From NCBI GenBank assembly GCA_973895155.1, contig OZ316894.1:18266805-18330804 (forward strand): 64,000 bases of DNA, in the 5' to 3' direction. Position 1 is the stretch's first letter. Each line of letters begins with the position of its first letter. Source of the DNA: Marsupella aquatica (Eukaryota > Plantae > Marchantiophyta). A program made the translations under genes and the position numbers. Of the stretch, positions 24,220 through 37,625 are shown in pieces. Below the pieces are notes generated by a model. It made no database searches, was not told the DNA's origin, and was given only the letters and a program-made list of their open reading frames with translations.

Positions 24220-27200
24220 CTATCGCCATCTCAACCATGCAAGGGCCCCCACAAAAGCTCCTCCCAAGTGTGCAGCAGGACTGGTTCCGTTCTTGCTTCC
24301 CTGGAAACAGAAAATTCCACAGCCTTGTTTGATCATCTGAGAAGTTTATCATTGACATTACAGATTTCCCAATCACAAGAATCCAAGTCTATGTTCCATC
24401 ACATCCACCCAACCATTATTTTCTACAATCTGCAAGGAAATGAAACAGTTTAAGACGATACAGTTCATTCCTTGGACCAGCCATTACAGATTCACATGGC
24501 TACAAAACTGACACCAGAGAGGACAAACGGCACCAAATCAAGAAAGTAACGTCCACCACCTAATGGCTTGACCTTTCAATTTATCGCTATGGGACGCATA
24601 CATTATATTCCAAGAATTGATCTCTTGATACTGGAATTCCAAGACAAACATTGCCACTCCCTATGCAAAATAAATGTTATTCACACTGAACGTATCATGC
24701 TGCCAGTTTTGGTGCAAGGCCTGAAGTAACTCACAGCTGTTGCCGCCCAAAGGTCAGAACCAATAATCACCACTCCCTGTGTTTCAAACAGAGGCACAAG
24801 TTAGTCTTATTTACGGAAGTCGTCTCATATTTGATTCGCCGGTCATTCACATGAGAGTTTACGGGATACTCCAGTTGAGCTCCTTCCAAAGGTGGCGGGA
24901 CCAACTTGTGTAACACGTGATGCAAAAATTACATAAAGGACATCATCTTCATTACAGTCGATTCCCTAGAAAGCTTGTTGACTTACAACTAAAGCAGCTG
25001 GAACAGGAATGATGAGGTTCATGTATATTATCCTCTGAGGGAATAACAAAATGTCCAGAAGAATGATGGCGTTCACTGCTCCACTTGAACCCTGCAGAGC
25101 AACACATAAACCTAGCGAAAATGCAAAAGATAAAATCGTATTTGAGGCTATGTATACAAAGCACTGTTCCAAAGACGGCAGAGAATTTGCAGGTCGATCT
25201 GCGTAAACTTCATCCATACCAGTAAACCTGGAGAACGTGGTGAAAATCTCCTTGGGTAGCCCTGATCCAGTAAAAACATCGATTAAGCTATAGGGAAAAA
25301 GGAGAACCTCGGAAAATTCAACTTGAAGTATGCAACGGAAACTTTGCAATGAGTGACGTATAGGAGAATAGTCCTAACAGTTGTCTTCACCTAGACGATA
25401 ACTGAAAACAAGGAACATCGTTCTGGGAAAAAAAATCTGAATAGCTTTCCGAATCGCTCAGAAGAACTATGAGATGTCAGGCCTTGACTCATCCTAACTC
25501 ATGTATCAGGCAACAAGCGTTTCAAGATATTCACACTTGAGGCTGGTCAAACTGTTCTGTCACAGGATAGTACATCACTCACAGTACCTCAAGCCATGGC
25601 TTAATATATGACCAGTAAACCAGATGGGTGACTGACCCCACGACGCCACCAGTGAGATACAAAAGAATCAGTTTTTGACCTCCAAAGAGGCTTCCAATCT
25701 GCATCCAGACCAAGGGAAAAGAGAGAGCATGAATAGAGACGGTCATGGCCATGAGGACATGAGAGTGACTGTCAAATTCGTTTGCTTTCCTTTCAAAGGA
25801 GTCTTTGGAATGACTCTCTTACAGACAGGAGGTAACAATAACAAGAAGTGTCGGAGACATGAGAGAGAGGAAACTGCAACAAATTTCTCTGACATGATCT
25901 GCAGTGATGTATCGAAGTCTTCTCAGTTACCTCGCTGCCAAAGAAATAGAGGCCAATCATGTTGGAGAGAAGGTGCTGTAATTCAAATTGGCTGAAAGTA
26001 CTTGTCACCAATGTGTGTAACCGACCTTCCCTCAATGCTTGCGTAGAAACCTGCTCATGGACTCGAGGCGAACTGGTCAGACGTGGACATTTCTCTCAGT
26101 TCATCCTCAGGCGTCAAAACAAAATATCGACCATCAGTTTACATCCTCTCCAAGAGAAGAAGGAAAGCACTCTAGAGAACATGCACCTAGCAGAAAATTT
26201 AAGCGTACCATCTAATAGTCACAAAATGGAGCCAGTATAGGAAAAACAACACATACAACAGGAGCACAGTGGGTCGTAGTCTAGTAACAAACACGAATAT
26301 TTTCCTCGCAATATCTAGCCCTCATTACTGCAGAGCAATACCACAAAATTGGATTCCATAAACCGCCCACCAAGAGTTCTCCAAAGGAAGAAAACACCAA
26401 AGTTTGCAGCGATGAGTGCTCCCAGTGCCAGCTGGGGATCAATGTAGCCGCCACCCCTGCACAGTAGTCAAGAGGAATTATCTTATAAAAGCCCTGCTTG
26501 CAGATTTAGACTCGCCATGAAAGTCCGTAGCTTTGTTGTGAACAGAAATAAATTGAAACGATCGGCTCATGTACAGGAGTCTAAGTTCGCTGATTGAATC
26601 CACCCCGTTCGTTGCCCCCATCGTGGTTTTATTTACCCAAATTTATACGACCATTAGTCCACAATCAAGATTTTGAGATTTCCTACGGACTCTCCAAGAA
26701 AGAAAAAGGAGAAAATACCATTAGTCTTCTAGTCGCTGTGAAACAGTTCTACCCTAATCTTTGTGCTCCTCCTAACGGATGGAGCTAGTGTGCCAGGACT
26801 GGCTACATCGGTTTGGAGGATCAAAGAGATCAGAAGGTAAACTGTTATCATAGAACCAATGTTAACTGTTAGATATTTAAAACATTAACGAAGTATTCCT
26901 AGATTTACTCTCCAAGGATGAAGACTACTGATAGCTCATAGTGAAAATCACAATCAACCGCGCCAAGCTCTATTTGATTATTACAATATTGAGGGGTATG
27001 TTGAGCTGGACGAGGTCTGCGAAGATTGTTGGATTTCAACAAGTATTGGCCAACAATCACGAACTTCCAAGCTGAAATCTCTAAAAAAAATGAATGAGTA
27101 AACAAATCGCTTTCACATTGGCCGAGCCGTCTTTACATGTTTGGCCTCGATTTTCCTTCTTTCGGTTTGTTTACCTCAATTTTCCGACCATGACATTATC

Positions 27201-27800
27201 TCTGTCAGCAAGGGGTAGATGCATTTTCTCAAGACCGACCAATGGATATATACATATATTCATAGCAAAGGGAATGACAATTACAAAGGCTAGCAGCGGG
27301 CCTTGCCCGTAATGTCTGATGCGAGATCGGGAAAAGCGTCCCCACAGACTATTTCCCCTGTTCTGTCGCAGCCAGGATGATATGTCCTTGGTGAATTGCG
27401 AGGGCATCAAGTTCAGCCTTGAGCCCGAAATATTCCGCTGAAACAAAATCAGCCCTGCCGGCAGCTTGCTCTTGCCAGCAGACTGAATCCCCGAGTAGAC
27501 ACTCTGCACACCCGGTGCTGCTGCTGCTGCCCTACTAAGCCCTAACCCTACCGGGCTGCCTTGTGCTGCTGCTGCCCCATGCTGCTGCGGATGTAATCCT
27601 CCACCCGCTGTGCCCTCTTGCCACGGACGATTTGAAGCGTACTCGTGCGAGAGAGGGCGTCTACATTGAGGCGATGGTGCTGTTGAGTCGGCACCCAATG
27701 TCGTCGATGTCACTCTTGACCGCAGCTTCCAATTCGGAGGTTTGCACTTTCCGCAGCTGCTCCGAGCAGCACTCCGGCTGAGCTGCAACAGGAGCAGCAT
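24220..27800 (-). CDS. Rhomboid intramembrane serine protease, mitochondrial PARL/RBL12-like (8 predicted exons)
   Basis: Arg/Ser-rich presequence; exons encoding LIAANFGVFFLWR, GRLHTLVTSTFSQ..HLLSNMIGLYFFG, LYLTGGVVGS, catalytic LLGSSGAV and AHLGGAFVG; TAG at 24220-24222. Confidence 0.85.
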
Positions 27801-27879
27801 CGCTTATTACGTGGTACGACCTGCTATTCGTTTCTCCTTCGCCTCCAAGATCTATTCAGCTCGAGGAATTAGAAGGAAC

Positions 27880-27893
27880 GATTTGAGTGCATT

Positions 27894-27936
<43 letters not shown>

Positions 27937-28040
27937 AAAAAGGAAAGATTTGAGTGCATTTACACGAAAGAGAGAGAGAGAGAGAGTTTTAAAAAGGAAA
28001 GATTTGAGTGCATTTACACGAAAGAGAGAGAGAGAGAGAG
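27880..28040. repeat. Compound repeat: ~54-65-bp units containing (GA)n, just upstream of the rhomboid ATG
   Basis: gatttgagtgcattta..gagagaga..ttttaaaaaggaaa repeated about three times. Confidence 0.9.
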
Positions 28041-28131
28041 GTCATCGCAAAAGTGTTCACGAACATTCGCTTTCGTTCATGACTGTTTTCTCTCTTCTCT
28101 TCAGCTTATGACTTTTTTGCACCATAGCAAA

Positions 28132-28410
28132 AGTGGAGGGGTTTCTTGTTCTTAATGCCCTTACTGATTATTCACTTTGTATTTTACTGGCTTTCTGGAG
28201 CATTATGTCTTGGCCAAGGTAGTGGAGGGGTTTCTTGTTCTTAATGCCCTTAGTGATTGTTCAGTTTGTATTTTACTGGCTTTCTGGAGCATTATGTCTT
28301 GGCCAAGGTAGTGGAGGGGTTTCTTGTTCCTAATGCCCTTAGTGATTGTTCACTTTGTATTTCACTTTGTATTTTACAGTGCTTTCTGGAGCATAATGTC
28401 CTGGCCAAGA
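28132..28410. repeat. 89-bp tandem repeat, 3 copies
   Basis: agtggaggggtttcttgttc starts at 28132, 28221 and 28310. Confidence 0.92.
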
Positions 28411-31117
28411 TATGATGAACTCTTTAGTAAGATTCTCTTGTACTTTTACTAAAGTTATAAAAAATAAAAATCATGCGGGCCTTTTCAGTTTAGCAAGGGT
28501 CTCTTACGTGTAGGAAAGTACTGTTTTAGGAGCATTACTGGCAACAATAGCCCCTTAAAACTTGAGCTGGAGCTCCTGTTTTGGGGGACATTATATCCCA
28601 TGATCTGAGCTGGACTATCTTATTGTATAAAACGTTTTGTGATTATTTAATTGTATTAAGCTTATGTATTTTGTCTGACCAAAGCAAAACTGGAAGAGTT
28701 TCTTGTTAGTAAAAACTTTTGTGATTTTTCTCTTTGTATTTTACATAAAAATATTTTTTCATGTTGCGTCTCTTCGTTTGATGAGGTGACTATGGGAAGA
28801 CCATAAATGTAGGAAAATGTAAAAGAGAAAAATAGTATACCACATAAAATAAAATATGGCCCTACAGAACGGAGATTGGATTGAGATTCTAACATTTTGC
28901 AGCTTAATAATTTCTATTTAAAACTTTTTCTATCCAATTTACAAATTTATTTTTCCTGGTCTGTTCCCCAAAAATCACTCAAGTTTTTATATGTGTTCAT
29001 GTTTTCGTTACTGGAAATATGATAATAAAGCCCCTCAAAATTGGGGTACTACCCTAGTTTGGGGGGGGGGGGGGGGCATGTATCTCACAATGACTTCTAA
29101 CCAGAACATTATCCTATTTTAAGGGTAGAATTCAGACCAGTCATGAGTTCATGACTATTTACGGACCCCCATTAGAAGTCCCTTGCAAATTCCCTACCAT
29201 GAGGTTGCACCACATCAGCACAACCAACCACAAACAGGAAAGATCTTAATTATGGCAGTAACAAAATGGCACATTCATGTTTGTGGCAAAAGATATGTAA
29301 TTTTTGGGGCGCCATGCCGTAAATATTGAATGTAAAAAAAAATTGAATAGAAAGGAAGAGATGTCATTTAGTAAAAGAAAGTTACCATTCTAATGTTTGT
29401 CAATGATATATCAGTGTTTTATATCAAAATGCTTGTATTTTAAAACTATTTTTAAATCTCTCAAAATCACATTCATTGGAAACTAAGCTAGAGCAAAATT
29501 AAAAAATCATCATCTCCTTAGTACTTGACAAAATCTATCAATGTTAAGTTCATTGGAAAGCTAGAGAAATTCACATACTTATGATCTCTTTAATTCTTGA
29601 CGAATACTTCCAATGTCACACATTAGAAAACTAGAGAGATTGAAAACCTCATGATCTTTTTAGTACCGTGACAAAATCTCATATGAAATTTGTCAATGTC
29701 GGACTCAATGTTGAAAAGCTAAAAGAATTCATGAACTCATGATCAAAATTTCTTATTGTCATACTCATTGGATAGACAAAGAAATTCAAAAACTCATTTG
29801 GAACTTGACAAAATTGTCAATCCGAGGCTCATTGGAAACCTTTTCTCTATTAAGAGACATCACAATCCCGTCACCGTCACAAACTTAGCCATTGCAAATT
29901 GATTTCTTTAATTACGTTGTCATTGCTTGTCCGCAATGTTTGCTTCCTGATTTGAATTGTTCGCGTCCCTCCAGGCTTCAACAAAGCTCACTCTGAACAC
30001 AGGCTGATGCCAACTGTAGCCTCTGTGTCAAAGAAACAATCGTTGGTCTCCCCCTCACACAATAACTTTCTTAAATCAAAATAACTACAAACCTGTATGT
30101 GAAGTGATGGCTCGTTCATTTTGTGCGTTCTCCCCACCAAAATGACAAGCAACCTTTCGCAAACAGTTGAGTGATGTTCTCCGGTCTGTCTTGTGGCAAT
30201 AATTCTCAATGTAACTCACAATCAATCAGGAATGATAGAAACACGATTTCTCCAATGTTTGAGCAAAAACCGTCCAAAAACTTCTTACACATTCGACCTT
30301 TGGTTTGATGAACCAAAGAGATCATCTCAACCAGATTGATCTCCTCTATCTTTTCGAGCGTTCTCTTTGGTACGAGCATACACCAAGATCACTAGGAGAC
30401 TCAAAACCATCGGTTATCGCCCTGTAGAAAATTGATTTCACTTTATCACACACATTCGTTGGATGAACATGGGGGTCCACGGATTAATTCTGCTGCTTAT
30501 GACTTTTTCCCACCCAAACGAACTTGAGTGCCACTTTTTATTCTGAAGATAGACTCGAGACCAATCTTTCGTGACTGTTTTTGCAGCTTATGAACTTTCT
30601 TCACCAGGGAAATTGCTCATGCCTATTTTTGGAGCTTATGACTTTTTTTCACCAAAACAAACTGGAGGGCCATTCCTTAAAAAATAGACTCAAACCAAAA
30701 TTCTTTTCAAATTAAGACAAATGCCAATGCTTTGAATGAGCAAGCCAAATCTTGAAATTGATTGGACCACCTCTGTAACAGTTTTTAATACCCCAATTAC
30801 CCGTTCTTTGAACATGAATAGATATGAGGAAAAGTGTCGACAAAATATATTCCCTAGTGCAATAAAAATAATGCATCAATAGACAAAAGTAAAGAGACCC
30901 CACTTGAGAGATTTCTCCATCAAGAGGATGGTCCAGCATACAAAGTTTCATGGCTAACAAATAGTGGCAAGGATCAGGAAATCAAACCAGCTGAAAATTA
31001 AAACAAATTACACTGCAATTTATTAGATACTTGTAATTTCTTTATGCCTCTATTCACATTTCCTTTGGGTCGTACTCTTGTTATGTTCCACTAGCTTGAT
31101 GCATGTGCGTTGCACAA

Positions 31118-31490
31118 CAGATGTTGAGGCAAGAAAAGATGTCAACGTGAGGAAAATATATCGAGGTGAAAAATGTGAGGAAAAAGATGTCAATGAAAAA
31201 AAATATCGAGGAGAGAAAAAATGTCGAGGAGAGAAAAAATGTCAAGGGTGAGGACAAGATCTGAAGGTGAGAAAAAGATGGCAGATTTGGAAAAAAAAAT
31301 AAGATGTTGAGGCAAGGAAAAAATGTCAAGCCAGGTGAGAAAATCTCAAGGAAAGGAAAGATGTCAAGGGTGAGAAAAAATGGTGTGGTGAGACAAAAAT
31401 GTCAATGTGAGAAAAATATATCAAGACAAGATAAAGATGTTGAGAAGAAATAAATATGTAAAGATTAGAAAAAATATCAAGGCAAGGCAA
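31118..31490. repeat. Degenerate purine-rich minisatellite
   Basis: Recurring gatgtcaag/gtgagaaaaaa words. Confidence 0.65.
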
Positions 31491-32831
31491 AAACAAATAC
31501 ACTTTGCAATGTAGTGGTGAGACATGTTATGTGTGATCTTTGAATGTTGCGGTCTTGTCCAATAACCTGCGTGCTACACATAAAAATTAGAGACCCAAGA
31601 TAGTGGCCACCACATCATAAAGTTTAATTATGTTTTTATGAGGCAGTTGTGGGCACGCTAAAGGGCAAGAATTTATTCTAAATGAAATTCATGGATAAAT
31701 CTGACAAAATCCAAAATAAATAAATTAGATGAAGGATCAAGATTGGGTCCCACCTTTCCATGAGTTTGTTTTGGCCTCAAATAATTAGTTTTTAGCTTTT
31801 AATTTTATTTAGTTAAGTCAGTGTCCATTAAAAAACATATTCTTCACAATTTCATACACCCATTTTAGTTTATTTCATATTCCTAATTTTACATCTATTT
31901 CCTTTTAAATACATAGGCTTTTAACATGTAATGATGGAGGCCTCTATTAAATATACACATGTGGACCAAATTTTTTTGGTGTACTTAACTTGAACCCCTT
32001 AGGTCTCCTTTCATAATTATTATCACCTACTTACCTTAAGGTCCTATTTGCTTTGGTGGACACTTAGTTCTAGCTGATCAAAGGCTAGAGTTAAACCTAA
32101 CATAAATCCAATGGTCAGGCTTTGTTTCGACCAAAACTGTGTTTGTAAAGGGACAATTGATGACTTTTGGCAGGATTCTTTATTATAGTTTAGATTCATT
32201 GTTTGATAATTTGTAAGAAAATAAATTAAGATTTTGCTTTTCTTACAAATTCTGTTGCTGCACACTTGAAACATAATTTAGCTGCATCACCTCCAAAAAA
32301 TCACCCCACGGGATCCTAGTTTTTACTCCCTCCCCAGATTTTGATTCATGCTCCCTTAGATTGATGGAAACAAAAAAACTTTGCCAAAAAAAAATTATAC
32401 CTCATTTCCCTTTCATCTTTGCTCCATTTGTTTTTGTTGGTACACCATACTTTCAGTGTTGTCTTTACTGAGTTATTGTGAGCTTTGAAATGATGATAGA
32501 AACCATGATACATGTTATCATTTTAACATATTTCATTCTCTCCATGCACAGATGCACATACTTTTTTCTATGCACGTGAATTTTGGTGGGGCCCTATCAT
32601 TCTCTCCATGCAATCATTTTGTATGCACATACATTTGGGTGTGGCCCTAGAGTTAGGGTCTAGAGGCTTCACTCTCTAGAAGACTAGACCCCACCTCTAC
32701 CTTGGAGTTTGCCCGTTGTAACTACCATGTCTGCCTATTGTCTCCCATCATTCAATGTCAATACCCACAGAACATGAGGACATGAAGGTGGAAGTGTTCA
32801 CATTTATGAGCATTACCTAGAGTGCCCAGAT

Positions 32832-33103
32832 CAGTGTGTTTTTTAAGGATTTTACGTTTTTGCCACACTGGCAAATGTAAAATGTGTGAAGAAGAAGATG
32901 CTAAAAAGATTCCCTAGTCAATTATTTTCCTGGCCGTCAGATCTCCCTAGATTTAAGGCTGACCGTTAGATTCTGACTAATGGGGCTTGGGATTAGGTGG
33001 AAGGCTGGCTATAGACAGCAAAATAGTAGCAAATTTTGCCAAAAGTGGCCAAAGATTTTTGGGGGTGGAATTTAGCTAATTTTCACCACTAAAAAAAACA
33101 CTG
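32832..33103. mobile_element. hAT-type non-autonomous element (MITE), 272 bp, with 8-bp TSD
   Basis: Ends CAGTGTGTTTTTT ... AAAAAAAACACTG, flanked by a perfect GCCCAGAT at 32824-32831 and 33104-33111. Confidence 0.88.
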
Positions 33104-36100
33104 GCCCAGATACACATAAGTGGAAAGTCTGCTTCACATCAGTCATCCTAGCAAGGGTATTGAGATAAGTGATGTTCTGAGTTCCAGGTCATAAGCTGTA
33201 CCATGTGTCATAAAAAAGGTATTATTTTAGCCAAATGTGTTTTTCTATTGTTGATGCAAATGGAGGTCTAAAACCGTGTTGGTTTGACCACCCCTGCTAA
33301 AACTGTGTGAGAGCAAGTGCCAAATTTTCTCTCCCATCTGCATCATTTGGTGGCTTCTCTTCCTCCCCTAATTGAACACTTGCTCATTGGTGCCAATCGA
33401 AATAGATCACTGATTCTCTTCCTCCTATAATGAGAAATATACAAACTTTTATAGAAAAGTGCCAAACTGAATACAAAAGAACAAACAAAAGAGGGTCCAA
33501 GTGGACAAAACCAAGCATAAAAGAAGTGAGCAATAGGGAACCCCTAAAAACCAAGAAAGAGGAACTAAAACTAACCCAAACGGACCAAGGTCCTCATCAT
33601 TCCTAGCAAATGTGACAACAAGCTAATGGTCCACATCAAATGTCGAAACTAAATTGACAAGTGGGACTAGAATGTCCTCTAGGGGAGCGAGCCACTGTGG
33701 GGGCACTAGCACCCAGTGTAAGAGATCAATAATAGATGGCCCGAGCTTGAGCACGTTGTAAGGTGACTGAAATATATTGGCAAAAGTGTGTGATCACAAG
33801 AGATAGCTGAGGTCTGATGGGACCCATCCGACCATGAACATCCGGGACAGCTTGTCAAAAAAACCCGTCAAACTGATGATGAAAACACACAAATATTTCA
33901 AGAACAAAGGAAAGAAAACTATCAATTTTCTCCCTTAGACCACTTTCTCATAGACCATTGATCATGCCTTATATACAAAAAGCAAGTGGGTAAAAACTCG
34001 CCACCTTACCTCCTAAAAAAATCATCAATCTTTACTAGTAGAAACTTACCTGTACCAGTTTCGACCAATCGGTACCGTGCAACTCATTATTTTGTAACGT
34101 ACGCCCTGAGCCTTTTGAGGAATGACGTCAAAAGAAAGATACAATAACTATCTCAAAAGAGCATCAATGTCTTTGAATTTTTCGAGCTGATTTTCACGGA
34201 CACGATTCCGCAAGTTACGTCGTCGGTCTCTGACTATTTTTTATTTAAAAAGATAAATTCCCAGAAAACTTCATGACTGCACATTGACAGTAATAATCGA
34301 GATAATGTTATAATCTCTTCACTCGCCCGTGACGCACTGAGCCACTGACGGATAGTGATATGCAAACTCTCGAAAGCTTCGTAGCACTGTAGTTTTCGAT
34401 GTGTATGTTTCCGTGATATAGCCGCAAACCCTTCGGATCTACGTCATTTAGCCGGAAGGGGACATGGATTCTCTGACTCGTAGGGCCACGAAGGTACGGT
34501 CCCGCCAGGGGGTCCTTTCCTCCGCTTCTACAGTTCCACCGTTGTTTGTGTGGTACAGCACTAGACAGGCAAACAACCGCTAAAGCACCTAAGGTACTCT
34601 GCGAACTGCTGGAGACAGTAACTTGACGAGACGGCGACTGTGAGGTGTGCGGCGGTCCATTCCGCTACGTGGGGGCAAACCCATGAGGGTAGGTCGAACC
34701 TGATTTTCCCCCAAAAATGCTGAGTAGAAAAAGTAAAGGACTATGACATGGTTGTGGGTACGGTAGCTGCGCACATTGGTATCGCCGTCGGGGATTCGAG
34801 TCACTCTGGGCCTCTGGACCTCCTCTTTTGGGGGTTGTTGGGCCCAGTGTGTGATCTTTTGTAAAGTCTCTATTTAGAAACTCAAAAAGTTCGTCTCACT
34901 ATATTATTAGCCCATATACGCGTTCTTGGAATAACAGTATAAAGAAATGTCAACCCTCGATGATAGCAGTTTAGGGTTTAACTAGAGCCCTTTAACTAGA
35001 GCCCTGGCTGTTTCACCATAGCCCTCGACCTTCAATGACACCAGTTGACCTCTTCACAAAGAGATGTCTCCCTAATTCATCGATTCTCTTCACATGCCGT
35101 CTCTACTTCACCGATTTTCTTCACAGGCAGCTTCCTAATCCATCTACTCTCTTCACATGCTGGCCCTACTCCACCAACTCTTTTGACAGGCAGCCCTATT
35201 TTCAAACATAAGGAACTACTCCACCCCCATCCCCATTTTTCATCCAACCCCTGATATGATTATCGCCCCCTAAGTCACAGTCTGCGGGCTTCAGTCTAGA
35301 CAGAGGCCTTCAAAGTAGCTTCACATAGTGATTTAATAGTAAAATGCTCATTCTTTAAATATTATAGAAATGATATCATCATTTTGAACATACATAACAT
35401 TCCTGTTCCTTTCATTCACACACATTTTGGAAGGACCCTACATCATTTTGACATACATAACATCCATGGTTCTATCCATTCACATACTTTTGGTGGGGCC
35501 CTAGAGTCACTGTCTAGAGATTTCATTCTAGAAACCTAGACCCAACTATAGTTTGTGATTGCAATTTATAAGTAAGATTTTGAAAGATATGTTTAGTGGG
35601 CCAATTGTTGAGACATTTTCTCTTCATGGACTGAAAGTTTCAGATGGGATCAAATCTTTCCTCTGATTTCTCCTGGCCCAAAAGTTTACTTTACAAAGTG
35701 TCATGGGTTTTAGACAGTTTTTTTATGCTCCCCTGGCCTGCAAAGACCCTTAGCTTGGAAGCCAGCCCAATGGACAAAAGCATGTTTTCCCCGTATACAT
35801 AGTGGACAATGTATTTGAAGTTCTAATTAATTAATTTTATCACTCCCGGGCCTTCAAAAAATGCTCAAGGCCAAAGACAACCCAAATGGACAAATCTGGG
35901 ATTGGATGGTGTACAATGTGCATAATGTATCCAGCTGGACACCCAACCGTGGTGGATGATGGGTCCCACAAACCAATTCTCATGTTATAAGAATGCAAAA
36001 TCATTTTGTAACAACTTCTGGCACAATAATATCTTGACAAAGTGGGCCAGTGAGGAGGTCAATTGGTAGAGGATTGAAACGTTTTGGTCCTTCCAGGAGG

Positions 36101-37039
36101 TCTACTAAGTATTTTCGAGTACTTTTCTGAACTTTATGGAAGAGGTGCCCATCATAGAGTGTGCAAGGGCATTCTGAGATTGGTCCTCCATTTGTCCCTT
36201 GGCAAAAAGGTAAAATCTTAACTGCCTGAAAGGTTTGTTTTCAAGTGTGAAGAAGGGAGAAACCGAATAAAAATAGTAGGAGCTGGGAATCTTCCAGGAA
36301 TTAAAGTGTATACTCTTTGTTACCAGGGCTTGATGAGACTGATAGCCCTTCAAAACTTGGGCTAGAGCCCTCATTTTCTACCATAAATTCATGACCTGGA
36401 AACAGGGTGCTACTATAGACAAGAATAGGTCCTGTAAGCTCCATTTGTTTTGTAAGGGCCTTGTGAGATGCACTGCCCAAGGCTATAGTCTAAGTTTTAA
36501 GGGACAGTATGGCCACATCCAGGCCACATCCAGAAAAATAATTTACTGTAGAAACTTCAGTGAGTTTTGGAAAGAAACAAAGAAATTTAAATTCCTGGAA
36601 TCAGGGTATACAATAGTGTGTAAAGAAAGAAGAAGACGATAAAGTTAAAATGTGTAAATGTCTTGTACGTTACATAAGCCTAAATTGATGGATCATTGCA
36701 TATGTCCTTTCCCAAAGCAAGGTGTGGATTAGGTAGTCTTGGTTCTCGGTTAATCCCCTGGCCACCTGACCTAAGCCAGTTGCTTTGTTGAGTTATGGCT
36801 TTGTCATGTTCATTTTCACGGCACAAAAATTACTCACGGGTACTAATTGTTTGCAAAATTTAAATGGAAGGACACTAATTGTTTGCAAAATTTAAATGGA
36901 AGGACACTAATCTCCGCACAAGTTCTCATCATTGCATTTTAAGGATTCACAAACTGCACAGAAACCGTTTGAGGAAACACAAGGGGAAACACAAGGCCTA
37001 GACATACAACGGTCTCAATGGTAGCAACACAGCTATAAC

Positions 37040-37625
37040 ACTCTATTTCTCCTGGGCCACTAGAACTTAACATCCGAGCCAATTGCGAGAGACGAATGTC
37101 GAGGATTTGTGATTTGTTTAGAGCATAACTAGACAGAGAAAGATCTTACTGGTAACAGGACAGGCCTGTGCTCCGTTTCACCTGGGCAACCGGAAACTAA
37201 CCTCGGAGCCAATTGCGAAGGAGAGGTCGTGCAGGATTTGTGACCAGAGAATGGCTAGAGAGAAAACGATCTCACTCGCAAACAAGACAGCTGCTGTGCT
37301 CTGTTTCAACTGGGCCACAAGAAATTCACCTCTCAGTCAATTGCGAGAGAGAGAGAGTGTGGAGGATTTGTGATTCAGAGCATGGCTAGAGGAAACGATC
37401 TCAGTGGTAACACGACAGCCGCTGTGCTCTGTTTCACCTGGGCCACAAGAAACTAGCCTCTGAGTCAATTGCGAGAGAGAGATTGTGGAGGACTTGCCAT
37501 TCAGAGCAAGGACAGCGAGAAAACAGTAACAAGACAGATGCTGGGCTCTGTTTGCACCTGGGCCACGAGAAATTAACCTCTTAGTCAATTTGGAGAGAAA
37601 GATTGTGTAGGATTTTGTGATCTAG
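37040..37625. repeat. Diverged ~128-bp tandem array (~4.5 copies)
   Basis: caattgcga-like motif recurs at ~37080, 37210, 37338, 37466, 37586, with shared tgctctgtttcacctgggcc. Confidence 0.85.

Noticed and set aside
20151-27800. Carrier plus rhomboid as a functional mitochondrial gene cluster
   Set aside because: Convergent adjacency of two mitochondrial genes can easily be chance; no shared pathway evidence.
27742-28155. ORF with ER repeats (also 3629-3946, 4705-4968, 63562-63849)
   Set aside because: Translations of microsatellites or the LINE tail.
34043-34052. ACTTACCTG as the U1 snRNA 5' end
   Set aside because: Downstream sequence does not resemble U1; better read as a minus-strand splice donor.
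34970-34980. TTTAGGGTTTA as a telomerase RNA template or interstitial telomere
   Set aside because: Only 1.5 repeats, with no recognisable USE/TATA at the proper spacing or conserved TR regions.
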